This document shows positions 26,259 through 40,110 of a DNA stretch of 64,000 bases, one piece after another. Under the pieces are notes generated by a model. The model saw only the letters and a list, made by a program, of their open reading frames with translations. It searched no databases and was not told where the DNA came from. Each line of letters opens with the position of its first letter. The stretch's first letter is position 1. The translations under genes and the position numbers were made by a program. The stretch is from NCBI RefSeq assembly GCF_006345805.1, contig NC_042998.1, forward strand, positions 88,288,001 through 88,352,000, written 5' to 3'. This DNA comes from Octopus sinensis. Taxonomy: Eukaryota.

Positions 26259-26850
26259 TATATATAATATATATGTATGTATAAATATGCATATACATTT
26301 GCATACATCCATATATATATATATATATATATATTATTATATATATATATATGGATGTATGCAAATGTATATGCATATTTATACATACACACACATGTAT
26401 GCATGGGTGTCTAAGCATACGTAACTACATACGTATGTTACGAAGACATTAAAAAAAAAATTCTATAAGTGTACATATAAATCTATATGCCTACATGCAA
26501 GTGTTTCTTTTTCTTTTTAAATAATGCATATACGTGTGTGTATGTATTTGACATTTGATATATTCAACATCAAATGGTTCATTAGTAAAACTAATCTTTA
26601 TTGCTAAAACTAGTCATAAATAGTGTCTGGGTTAACTCCATAAGAAGATAGCTAGAAAAACACTTTTATGCAATTGATGTTACTATGCGAATATTTCAGG
26701 GAATTTTTTTTTACTTCAGCTTTTTGCAATGATTACTTGTTACAGCTATATATCTGCCTCTTTACATCCTCTTTCACGTTTTATCGCTGCATTCTTGTAT
26801 TGCTTTTTCAGTATAGCATATGTCTCTCAAACACACACACACACAAAATA
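25573..26850 (+). repeat. Near-identical tandem duplication, period ~700-705 bp, (TA)n-bounded
   Basis: ATGCAATTGATGTTAC occurs at 25963 and 26668. Outside the (TA)n runs I saw only homopolymer indels between the copies. Confidence 0.95.
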
Positions 26851-26855
26851 TATAT

Positions 26856-26898
<43 letters not shown>

Positions 26899-26905
26899 TA
26901 TATAT

Positions 26906-26949
<44 letters not shown>

Positions 26950-27229
26950 ATATATATATATATAATATATATATATGTTTCTGTGTGTGTGTCTATATAT
27001 ATATATATATGATGTAGCACGACTGTCTATGCTTTATTCTCATTTCCTTTATGATTCTACTTCTCTAATGCTCTAGCTATCTTCTTATCTATTTACCTAT
27101 CTACTTATCTTCATACATATCGATCTATCTATCTATTCGTTCTTTCATATATTCATCTACAAATTTGTCTGTCTGCCCATCTATCTATGTATCGACTGCG
27201 AGGTCAAGAAAATCATGCTACTGTTGCTA

Positions 27230-27530
27230 TATTACACTGCATTACCTTTTCCTTGTTGGGTGGTCGGCAATTAAAAGGGCTATCTCTCACCTGGCTTGAC
27301 TGGTGGATAGTATATTGAGGATACCCTGCAGGACAAAAAACAAGACCTATCAAATGATAGATGATCTCATTATGAGCCAACGGCCATCCACATGGAATGG
27401 TGTCTCGCAGAAACATTCTGCACGTGAGCTGGTAGATTGTGCAGTTGGTGTTTTTTCGTGGCTGCAGCGAAAGACATATTGTCGTCTAGTGTTGGAGTCG
27501 ACGTTTATGAGGGATGTGGCGAAGAACGAA
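27230..27530 (+). mobile_element. Degenerate retroelement-like fragment related to 11340-11480
   Basis: Shares a CAGGAC..AAxACAAGACCTxTC motif, is locally GC-richer, and ends at (CTAT)n. Confidence 0.3.
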
Positions 27531-27571
27531 AAGTGTATCTACCTATCTATCTATCTATCTATCTATCTATC

Positions 27572-27618
<47 letters not shown>

Positions 27619-27627
27619 GATATATAT

Positions 27628-27697
<70 letters not shown>

Positions 27698-27827
27698 ATT
27701 ATATATATATATAATATATAAATTTATATAAATAAGGATAAGATCGATATTTACATACCGATCTTATCAGGTGGCCAGCATGGGAATTAAAACCTTTCAA
27801 AGGTAATAATTATGTGCTATCTAATGT

Positions 27828-27886
27828 ATTCCACTGATGAAGGCAAAGCATTTCTTATGAAAAGCCAGAAATCCGAGATCTGCAAT
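27828..27886 (+). ncRNA. Putative type I hammerhead ribozyme, copy 1
   Basis: AUUCCA-CUGAUGA-A-GGC-AAAGCA-UUUC-UUAU-GAAA-A-GCC-A-GAAA-UC-CGA-GA-UC/UGCAAU. Core CUGAUGA and GAAA are intact. Stem II is GGC/GCC plus UUUC/GAAA, stem III is A-U, U-A, C-G, and the cleavage triplet AUC ends at 27880. Stem I pairs 5 of 6 positions with a C.C mismatch. Confidence 0.55.
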
Positions 27887-28035
27887 TATCCGATAATTTT
27901 TGCTAGTTTATTTTGTCTTGTCTTCTCTCCTGGTGCTGTATGAATATTTAATGTGGTTTTAGAGTTAAATTTTGACTGCTATTTCCAGCGGGGTGGTATC
28001 TCTTAGATACCCTAAATTATAATTTTTATCTATCT

Positions 28036-28163
<128 letters not shown>

Positions 28164-28314
28164 TATATATATATGTATGTATGTATGTATATATATATAA
28201 TATATAAATTTATATAAATAAGGATAAGATCGATATTTACATACCGATCTTATCAGGTGGCCAGCATGGGAATTAAAACCTTTCAAAGGTAATAATTATG
28301 TGCTATCTAAGTGT

Positions 28315-28373
28315 ATTCCACTGATGAAGGCAAAGCATTTCTTATGAAAAGCCAGAAATCCGAGATCTGCAAT
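28315..28373 (+). ncRNA. Putative type I hammerhead ribozyme, copy 2
   Basis: Identical motif. CTGATGA lies at 28321-28327 and predicted cleavage follows 28367. Confidence 0.55.
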
Positions 28374-28513
28374 TATCCGATAATTTTTTGCTAGTTTATT
28401 TTGTCTTGTCTTCTCTCCTGGTGCTGTATGAATATTTAATGTGGTTTTAGAGTTAAATTTTGACTGCTATTTCCAGCGGGGTGGTATCTCTTAGATACCC
28501 TAAATTATAATTT

Positions 28514-28623
<110 letters not shown>

Positions 28624-28905
28624 GTGTCTGTCTGTCTGTATGTCTGTCTCTCTGTACATCTATGTATCTATCTGTTTATCTGTTTGTCTCTCTATTTATA
28701 TATGCATTTATCGCTGTCTGCCTTTCTGCCTGTCTAACTATCTACCTCCCCCTCTCTCTCTCTCTCTATTTCTCTTTCTCTCTATATATATATATTAACC
28801 AGTCTATTTATACCAGTTGAAATATTGGTGTACTTTTCCTTCATTCGACGCAGTGTCCTTGCTTTTCCCCCAGGCACATATATCTTTGTATGTATGTATA
28901 TACAC

Positions 28906-28960
<55 letters not shown>

Positions 28961-29382
28961 TATATATATATATATATATATGTGTGGTGTGTGTGTGTGT
29001 GTATTATATATATATTATAAATACATATGTATGTATATATATATATATCCAAACATACATACAGATTACAATTTTGAACTAATATTGACCCTCACAGGTG
29101 ACACAGCGAGAATACAAAAGCTATTTTATTTCTGTCTTATCATTCATTTTCTTATTTATATATTTTATTTAGATATATATATTTTTTTAAAGTTCAATTA
29201 CAACCATATCCACAGTGTTATATTTAATTGCCTGTCAAAGTATTTTTTAATATCTAAAGACATGCGTACGTTAAAAATTAATATGATGAACTTATTCCTG
29301 TAACCTTAACCTTAGTAACATATAGATTTTAAGGTATTCATTTATGGTTATGCATACATTCATACATACATACATACATACA

Positions 29383-29416
<34 letters not shown>

Positions 29417-30934
29417 CATACATACATATATATATATAGGGTTTTGGGATCCATACATTCATGGCATACATGCATTCATACATACATGCATACATACATA
29501 CATATATATATATAGGGTTTGAGGATCTGACAATACGCCATAAAAGTAAACCCTTTATGAACGGGAAGCCTAATGTAATCCCATAAACCGGCCTTACCCA
29601 CTTTTAATATATATAATCTTAGTGCGTGTGCGCGCGCACGCGTATTATTTTCCTTATACAGTGTACGTAAAATAGTTTAAAACGATAATAGTTATGCAAA
29701 AGTTATCAAAGAAGCTGTTAAAGAAGAAGAAGCCATAGCAAACCGTGTGACAGCTGATTCTTTGCTGTAGAGCTCTTTCATAAGACCGCTAATACCCTTA
29801 TTAACTCCACAAGTATTTACTTTGTATTATATCTACTTGAAAAATGTTTTATACAGTTTCCGTGAGATCGTTTTAAAGATATTTTCATTCCCGTAGAAAG
29901 CAGTCTCTGAGAACGGATATGCTTTTTTATGACATCATTAGATATAAACCCGTATCAGAATGTCTTGCCTTCAAATGCAAACGTTAATTGTATGAATAAA
30001 AGAATAGACGAACAATTTAGCTCCCAGCATGTCATCTTAAAATTGTCCTTTATACATATTAATTTCATTTATTTCTGGCTTGTTACGTTTGCTTTAAGAA
30101 TCACAAATAGCCGAGTCAGTAATGAACTTGTCTACCGACAAATGGATTCTCATTTACCTACACCTTACTGTGTTTGACAATTTCAAAATGCCCGATTCAG
30201 CTTGATGTAATAGGTATCATAGGAAGGGGAAGGATAAAGCTCCCTGTTTCTTCCTTTATATAACTGACGATGGTTAAGTTTACTAAATCTTTTACTACTG
30301 GCTTCAAATCCTCGCAGTGATTTGATTAAGATAGGAATGAACTTTATTCGACTTGTCTGTTTACATAAACATGTGAAAACATATTTTTGAAATGGTTCCC
30401 TGACGAATTAAAAGCAAAATTTGAAAAGAGCTAACTGCTTAACTTTTCATCATCTCAGATGTCCCTTTATGGGCTATTAGTCCTACTGATATCACGAAAG
30501 AGAATTTTCTTTTCAGTTCATCCCTTCTCTACGTTTTCTTCAATCCTTTCAAAATTTTTAATCAAGAAAATCAGTCCCAACATTCATCTTAAGATCCAAG
30601 CCGAGCTGACACCATTCAATTAAACCACTTGATAGTCCTTGAAAATAAGTAGAGTTTTGCAATATCAGCCAAAGTGTCATGGGTTAGCGTCTCTTATAGG
30701 CATTGGCAAAGAAACATATCCGCCAAATAGACCAGTCGAACTAGATATAACCGTGTTTCTCTGAGAACGAAAATCTAACTGCTATAAGATACAACCTGGA
30801 GAGACAACCTCAATCTGACTTGCTCCAGATCACTACAAGTCGTCAGAGGTATTCTTGCAACAGAATTGATTGTGCTCTCATACACATCTTGTCGGACCCA
30901 GACATACACACATACATGCATATATATATATATA

Positions 30935-31164
30935 TATAAAATTGAAGAAATTCGAGTTAACATGAAGGAGTACGGTTGGACAGTTTTTTTTAATCACTAC
31001 AATTGTTTCCACGCAACGTGGTTCTCTAAAAATACAGGTATTTGATTATTCAAACAAACAGTTGCATAATCAAATAGCAGTATTTTTGGAAACAATTGTA
31101 GAGATTAAAAAATAACTGCTCAACCGTACTCCTTCTTGTTGACTCCAATTTCTTCAATTTTATA
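30935..31164. mobile_element. Foldback element (~230 bp) abutting (TA)n, followed by a unique tail to ~31300
   Basis: Outer arms TATAAAATTGAAGAAATT...CTACAATTGTTTCCA / TGGAAACAATTGTAG...AATTTCTTCAATTTTATA. Inner arms AAAAATACAGGTATTTGATTAT / ATAATCAAATAGCAGTATTTTT. Confidence 0.85.
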
Positions 31165-31592
31165 TTCACGCACGACGAATGCCCAAATGTAAACTTGGAA
31201 GTACATGATAATACTACCGGATAATATTGGGTGATTCTGAGGGTGGACGAGCTTTATACTGTACTCTGTCACGTTCCTAACGGAATATACCATAACTTTG
31301 TGTGTATGTATATATATATATATAATATATATATATATATACACATAAGGGTCTGACAAGATGTTTCATCATGTGAAACCGTTAAACTCAACACATATTT
31401 TCTCCGTTTTCTTTTTCTCTCCGATTTTCTTTCTCTCGTCCCTTTCTGTCGAAGAGTGTAGGCTCAAAATATCAAAGACTTTTCAATTCTTCCCCAGCGT
31501 CAAATTAATACACCTGCTTGTCCTTCCCCCACCCGCCTTTGTCTTTTGTTTTCTGTACATTTGAACCGTACCTACATACTTACATACATACA

Positions 31593-31634
<42 letters not shown>

Positions 31635-32290
31635 TATATATGCTTACGTATGCGTGTGTGCATTTGTGCATAGATGCGTGTATAAATGTATGCATATATG
31701 TATGCATGTATATATGTATTTACATAGTGGTTGTCATCAATTCAATATATCTTTTACTTGTTAAGCCTATGCCTCGATAATCATAATATAATTCAATATT
31801 CTAAAACATTTTCAGGTTAATATTTAAGTAGAACGCTATTCTCATTATTTAGAAAGAGTAAAGTAATTAGGACAAAGTTAGAAAATTTGAGGATTAGTTT
31901 CAGGAGATTTTTTTCTAATATTGCAAAAATTAGAATTGTTTGCGTATTGTTTAAAGGCAAACCAAGAAATGTGATGAACACAATGGTATTTCAAAAATTT
32001 AACAATCACTTTTAAATAGAAACCAAAATAAAAAAAATAAAATGATTAAATTTAAAACACGAAATTAAATACTTTTTCACCGGTCGTAAAACTTTTAAAC
32101 CATCAACTGACTATTTGTGTGTAAATAAATACCAGAAAAGTATGGAAAAGCACGGTATGATTAATATGCGAGTTCAATCTTTTCCTCTAGTCACGAAATC
32201 TGGACCATTATATTTTACCAATCAGGTCACATAATCGATAAAATCATTAGGAATTATAATCTCTCTGCGAATATTTCAAAGATTCAGTAT

Positions 32291-32491
32291 TCTTTTCTAC
32301 TCTAGGCACAAGGCCCGAAATTTTTGGGAAAGGGGCCAGTCGATTAGATCAACAGCAGTTGCGTACTGGTAATTTATCGACCCCGAAAGGCAAAGTCGAC
32401 CTCGGCGGAATTTGAACTCAGAACGTAATGACAGATGAAACATCGCTAAGCATTATCGCCCGGCGTGCTAACGTTTCTGCCAGCTCGCCAC
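32291..32491 (-). mobile_element. tRNA-derived SINE, family A (tail type 1)
   Basis: Full reverse-complement head/core/tail. Confidence 0.9.
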
Positions 32492-35400
32492 TTTTCAAAA
32501 ACTTAGTATTATCAAGTGATAGTTATTCTTTGTTTCCTGTTTCTATCTAATGATTGCGCGAATGTATAACTGTAATACTACACGAATCTCATGCTTCATG
32601 ATGATAGTTCATAATAAGATGGATCTTGCTGATGGTTTCAATGCGTAGATTTTCAATGATCATAACACCGAAAATGGTATTATATTATACGGAAATCTTA
32701 TTTTAGACTATGATAATTGCCTGTCAACCACGAGTTTACAAAACGTTTCATAGATGGGCAGGGTACGTTCATTTTATTAAATGAAGTTTAAAATGGATCA
32801 TAAAGAGTTTAAGTGATGTAAATAAATGAAAATTATTCTAGTTGTTAAAGGAAAATTAATCATGATCTCAGCCTAGCAACTAGTAACAACTCTTGTTCTA
32901 AGCCGTTACAATCGACTGCATTATTATTATTGGTTTCTTTTTGACTAGTTCTAGTGTTCCTATATTCATGGGGAAAGATAGAATTTTGGTGTGTTCGTGT
33001 TTTTACAATACGTATTAATGGTGTGAGCTGAAGCGTTATCAACTGGGAATCAAAATTTTGTTGCATGTTCGATTCCCCCGATGAATTAGAATTACTTTTA
33101 GAATTACTTCACTTTTACTCAATGCACTGTTATTACAGTACATTGATAGAATATGGTCCAAAATGCTATTTAAACAATATACATTACTTAGATTGTATGT
33201 TCATCAATGGAAATTTCATCTTCATGTTGTGTCTTAGACAAAAACAAACCTAGAAGAGGAGTCCCCAATCTGCAAATAATCTCGAATTCTTCAGAGCCCG
33301 CGTTACTTACAGTATTGGGCTGTACTATACTTTAGTACATATATACTGTATTGAGCTGTACTGTAGGATTGTTGCACATCTACAGTATTACAAATTTGCT
33401 GGAATAAGATGCAGCATATCGTAGCATACGCTTAGTATATTCAACATTCTGCAATGCATCTTCAGGATAGCCGTTTGACAATCATTACAGCATCGGAGAG
33501 AATGTTTGAGTAGTAAAAGTTGTTATACACGGTTGTTTAACATCTACTGTAGTAAAATGTAGCATATATTTACTGTAAGAATATACCACTGGTTGTATAC
33601 AATACACATTACACACAGTGTTATGCATATACCAGACAGTAGCTGAGGTTACGATATTTACTGTCGTAGACCTATGTCTCAGATTATCGTACATACTGTT
33701 GTAAGATGTATCAGCCAGTTATATATGTGTATCACAATAAGCTACACTCGACTGCTTAACACGTGTACCAAAATATGCTGCGTCAGCAAACAGCACACGT
33801 TTACAGTTAACGGAACTAAGCTGCTGATTGTTTAGCAATTTTTGCAAGGAGCAATAATAATCTTCCAGTGAACTGAGTCAGTGACCTTGTTTCGTATTTT
33901 GGTTTAGGCCAATTCACTTTACTTACGTTGCTAACGCATAAAGAATAGCAACATTTTCAGATTCGATGGCAAATATAAATGATCAACTCGGAAAGCGTAT
34001 ACCATTAAAATAAGATATTATTTCTAACGATCCTGCCAAACCATCACTCTTTAAGGTTCCATAATGAATCTGCTCTATTCTGTTTTATCCCCGAAATGAC
34101 TGAGATTATTGATAAAACTGTATCTAGGCTGGAAACCATTTGAAAAGCCTAAAATTGCTTTAGCAACATTTTATGTGCGATTGTCAAACATGTGTATAAA
34201 GATAGTAGGATCACATACGATGTATCAACAAGAATTTAACACACGTATATCTATTGGTCCAAACTTATGCAATAACATTTTGTTAATTGTGGATATAAAA
34301 CCATAATTTCTATACTATAACAACTTTTAGTGTACCACAATAAAATGTTAAGCTGTTGCTTTATAGTATTTCTGCTTTAGGAATATCTCCGATCAGCTTT
34401 GAAGGATCTCACATAGTTAAATGAGCGCTTGACGACGGAACATAAACTTAAAATACCAACCAGTATATAGCTGTGGAGTGAGATGGGGATGTTACTTTAT
34501 CGTTTCACCCAGTATATATTAATGGCAGTTATTCTATGGAATCCAGATGGATGAAAATCTAACAATTGTAGTTAAGAACAACACCACACAAGTTTATATG
34601 ATAGAATTTATGAGCAATAGAAGGGACCAATTCCTTACTTTCATGGACAAATCAACATCTAAATGTTGAAGGTCTTTCAACTCGTAAAACATTATCGATG
34701 GTTTCTTTGCTATGCTTCTGTTCATATAGTTCATTTTCCAGTAATAGCAGTCATTCGTTTATTTCGTTTATTTTTCAAATTTCCCCCAGCCCTCTATGCT
34801 ATTATGTCTTTTGTTAAGAGACACAATAACCTCTCGTCCCCCACCCTGCGCCTCTTCCTCTTCCTCCTTCCTCTTTTTCTCTCTTATTCTGTTTCTTTCT
34901 TCCTCTCACCTTATATTCTTCATATAGCTAATATTCAATCTATCGGATTTTAAGTGCTTCAGGAGCCGGACTTGAAATCATGTAACTATTGTTTTTTTTC
35001 TTTCTTTTCTTTTTTAATGCCATTCAAATTTTCAATTTCATTCTTGTCGAATCGGAAATATTCAAATTCAAATTTACCCTCGGATTATTTTTAATTTCCT
35101 TTCAGGGATATTTGGTTTTTATTGTAAATATATTTTTGTCAAATATCTAGCAAGGATTTTCTTTTCACCTAAAACAAAAACCTATTAACTAAACTGTTCA
35201 GCTATCAATAATTTATATTACCCCATTTAAGAAACGAAACCTTTGTACTGTACTTTCAAATCCTTTCTTTTCATTCATCTTACAAAACAAAAATGTGGGG
35301 TAACATTTAGGTTTACCTAAGAGTGTATGTGCAATGTGACTCAGGGAATTGCAGAACTTCAAACTGACTTCTCAATTCAATGTTGTGTTTTCCTCATTCA

Positions 35401-35924
35401 TGACGTCACCCCTTATTTTAAAATCGATTATAAAGGCTAGATCTACATTTCAAAATATTCACGAATTTGATCAATTTAGAACAGGTTAATATATTAATAA
35501 TATAATATGCGAAGCTAGTAAGCTGGTAGAAATGGTACCACGTCAGATTAAATCCAGTATAACATTGTTAACGCCATACTGCGTGTTCCAATACTGTCGA
35601 CGTTTCCTTTGCTTAGGAAGAACGACCAAGTACACTAAATTTGAATTACGTTGTTTTAAATGTACAGTAGAATGAACTAAATACATTTTGACAATCATCA
35701 GATCATTCTTTAAAGCGTTTTGGCAAACAGACCTGGAACCTTTGCAAGAAGAAACGTTTATTTTAATTTAACAAAAGACCGCCAGAATCTTTCAGTTACA
35801 AATATCGATTAATCATCAGACTTGAACTTTCAGATATAGCGAAGGTTTTGACAATTATAAAAAGGTTTCCATGAACATTTACTTTATTTAGATTACATGC
35901 TTTGTGACTGACTTTTGTAGACGG

Positions 35925-36150
35925 AAACTGTGTGGAAGTTCGTGGTATGTGCGTATGTAATGTGTGTATATCAGCTTGTTAGTTTCCACTAGCTTGACAT
36001 GCACTTTTGGTTTGCTTACGCTCCGTAGTTTAGCGGTTCGGCAAACGAGAGTGATAGAATAAGTACCGTGGCTGATTTGTTTGACTAAAATCTTTCAAGG
36101 CGGTAGCCAGCATAGTTGTAGCCCAATGACTGAAACAAATAAAAGATAAC
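35925..36150 (+). mobile_element. Degenerate CORE-type SINE (3' half)
   Basis: GTAGACGGAAACTG...TTAGCGGTTCGGCAAA...GATAGAATAAGTAC...AATGACTGAAACAAATAAAAGATAA. Confidence 0.7.
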
Positions 36151-36592
36151 GAAGATATCGACAAATAGAAAACAATATGTCGAATAAGGCATGATTTAAA
36201 CAGCGATGAAACAGCCGATAAGCATAAACAGTGATACCAAGTATTGTTGGAATTTATAAATCTCTAGTTATACAGTAGGTTATGTTGTAATATATCGTCA
36301 TATTAAACCAACAGGAGTGAGTAACAAGTATGCACAGAATTGAGCACTTAACGAACTCTACATCAATTGTAAGTCGAATCCCCGATGAGGAAAAATGCTT
36401 ACGATGCAGACAAGCAAATGTAAAATTGATGATGTATTCTTAATGTAATCCTTAGCGTGGTGCTCCCGCATCAGAAGGAAGTCTGTATTTGATTTTACGG
36501 CAATAAAGTCACATAATTTTCATATCCATTTACGTTGTTTACGAATTGCATTTCGATTACTATATACGCAATTCTATCTATCTATCTATTTG

Positions 36593-36657
<65 letters not shown>

Positions 36658-36683
36658 ATACATGCATATACATATATATATAT

Positions 36684-36775
<92 letters not shown>

Positions 36776-36826
36776 CGTCAATTCTCCATTTTCTTCTTTT
36801 TCTCATATATACATATATATATATAT

Positions 36827-37169
36827 ATGAGAAAAAGAAGAAAATCGAGAATTGACGTATAGACATCAGTTTATTTAAAGATATTCAAATCAATATAATA
36901 TGAAATTATTATCCTTACAGCCGTTTCCAAATCCAGTTAGTTTAGTTAGAGAAATTAAATTAATTTAATTTAAAATTTTCATATTAAAACTGAATAATTG
37001 AGTATTGATCATAAGTATTTTACACAAATATGGATGACGCGATACTGTAATATGATAAATAATTAGCAGTTTTTGATACGTCATATTTTTTTGCTGACTT
37101 CTATATTTTAACAAACACGTGCTATTACATGATAAGTGTTACGCTCTCTATTCCATTCTCTCTCTCAAC

Positions 37170-37200
<31 letters not shown>

Positions 37201-37643
37201 CCTCTTTCTTTCTCTCTCTCTCTCTCTCTCTCTCTAATACCTAGTCCATCCTAACTGCAACACCACCACCAAGAGCTATTATGTATAACAAACAAACGCG
37301 CACAACTATATCATACATATTTGTTTATAAGTATATATAAATATACACATAACGGTTTCTTTAAATACATACATTACCAAAATGCACACATCTGAGTCTG
37401 TCAAGGGTCGACCAACACGCTGGAATGTAACGCTTTTCTGGAAATTCTCCCCTGATGGAATATTCAATTAACCAGTTTCAATATGAAAATACAATTTGAT
37501 TCAATTTAATTTAATCTCTCTAAAAGAACTAAATGGACATGGAAACGGCTGTAGGGATAAGAATTTCATATTATATTGATTTGAATATCTTTGAATAAAC
37601 TGATGTCTACACATCAATTTCTCCATTTTCTTCTTTTTCTCAT
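36827..37643. mobile_element. Large foldback element: ~180-bp diverged inverted arms (36827-37006 / 37459-37643), ~450-bp spacer, (TA)n on the left
   Basis: ATGAGAAAAAGAAGAAAAT...AGACATCAGTTTATT...TACAGCCGTTTCCA pairs with its reverse complement ending TTCTTCTTTTTCTCAT at 37643. Confidence 0.85.
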
Positions 37644-37794
37644 TCATAAATATTTTAAATACCAATATACATTAATGCATAACTAAAGTATTTAGTTTTC
37701 ACTGAACACTGGTATAAACTGGAGAACTAGGATGTAAACATTCCTTAAAGGATTATAGGTCCTAGGCATAACTATATATGTGTATATATATATA

Positions 37795-37880
<86 letters not shown>

Positions 37881-37946
37881 CATGTATGTATGTATCTATG
37901 TATCTATGCATGTATATGTATGCATTATGTATATATGTATATGATC

Positions 37947-37982
<36 letters not shown>

Positions 37983-39065
37983 ATGTATCAGTTTGAAAAA
38001 TGTATATCTCCAAAAGAGAGTCAAATCTTATATCAAGAAAAAGACAGAAAAGTAAGCTTGGTATCAAGTTACAGAAAATTTATCCGTTTCCTTCAACGTT
38101 TTTCATTTTGTATTTGAATTTTTTTTCCTGTATACTTGTTTCATTTTCCTATTTTATCTAGTTATATCTATTTTTGCGGAAACAGTTCTTTTTTTATTGC
38201 CGAAGTCTTCGTTTCTTTTGCTATTTGATAGTTTTAAAAACATATATATCCACATGACTAATATGTATTTGAAAGTAGCATTAACGACGAGTGTGGTGAC
38301 GTCACAAACTATGTCATGAATTTATGGGTCTAGTTACGATAAGAGCTCTATGACATGCCAACTGAACTGTAATGCTTTGAAATGCACGTCGAGAGAATCA
38401 ATCGGATATAATTTCAAGGTAGTGGAAACTAAAAGTCGAGCATTAGTTGGCTGTCATATCCGGCTTTTTGGTTTATATGAGAATCCATTTACCATAACCT
38501 CAGATCACAGAGCATTTCCTGGCGCGTATACGTACACAGATACACTAATATACATACATACATAAATACGTTCATACATGCATACATACACTTATAATCA
38601 CACTCAGAAAATAGAGACGGTCAGACAGATATTTGCATACATCCAGATACACAAACATACAAACACACATACACAGAAAAAGAGAGAGAAAGAAAGAGGG
38701 GAGAGAGAAATATACTGATGTACAAGAAAGGAGATATATGTAGATATATATACCACAAAAGACTTAGGAATCTAAACGCATATAAGGAAAAAATATTACA
38801 CACAATACAACAATGAAATTCCATATATAAAAAAATATATCGAAACGTAAACTACTCTGAGAATGAAACAGAAAAACAGACAAAATATGCATGCCTACAC
38901 ATACACATCATCATACAATAGCACACACATAGTAGATAAAGACGTACACAAAAACCAACATCCCTTCAATCTGATTCATGAACAACATGTTGCAAATATA
39001 TTTATACACATACTGACATACTGACATTCATGTGCACGTATGCGAATGTAGACATCAATACACAC

Positions 39066-39137
<72 letters not shown>

Positions 39138-39265
39138 TTTAACAATTAAGGATAATCTCTTAATAAGGGATCTTAACAAGAAATTATCGGGTAGCTAGCG
39201 TGAAAACCTCATAAAAGAAAAGAATTCGAAAATAATTTTTTTCTTTTGAACAAATTAATTATATC

Positions 39266-39565
39266 TATATTGTATAGAGGGCATTATTACACATAAATGC
39301 CTCACACTAGGAGGGACAAAGTCATTACTACCAAAATTATACTAATCATACCCAAATGCAGTTTTTCAAAGCAAGACATTTAAAAAAATGAATTTAGTTC
39401 TGTATCACCGTGATTTCACATTCAACTTACGTCTAATGATCGTCAATTCATTTTTTTAAATGTCTTGCTTTGAAAAACTGCATTTGGGTATGATTAGTAT
39501 AATTTTGGTAGTAATGACTTTGTCCCTCCTAGTGTGAGGCATTTATGTGTAATAATGCCCTCTAT

Positions 39566-39574
<9 letters not shown>
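39266..39574. repeat. Near-perfect inverted repeat (129/130-bp arms, 50-bp spacer) abutting (TA)n
   Basis: Arms 39266-39394 and 39445-39574 are identical by eye except for one G in a homopolymer. Confidence 0.95.
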
Positions 39575-39621
<47 letters not shown>

Positions 39622-39713
39622 CTGTCTGTCTGTCTGACTGCCTATCTGTCTATCCCTGTATTTAACTGTTTCTCTTTTTCTCTTCATATAAATATCAAAG
39701 TTTTCTTTCTCTT

Positions 39714-39752
<39 letters not shown>

Positions 39753-40075
39753 TACTGTCTCTTCTCACTCAGCTATTATTTCTCACTTCTCTCTGTCTCT
39801 TTCTCTCTCTGTATCTTTCTCTCTCTCTCTCTCTATCTCTATCTCTTTCTCTCTTTGTCTTTTTCTCTCTTTCTCTCTGTGTTTGTGCGTCCGATTTGTA
39901 CTCAAAAACTATGAAACAAACCTCTATTATATTGTTCACCAGCTGTCAAGGCTGATTCGTTTTTTTTTTAGATATAGCAGCCGAATCTCCCTCAGACTAC
40001 ATCATACTATCTGTCAGGAAAGAAGATTAAGATTGAAAGCAGAAAAAGAGCAGTTGTGATAATCACTTTGTCTAT

Positions 40076-40110
<35 letters not shown>

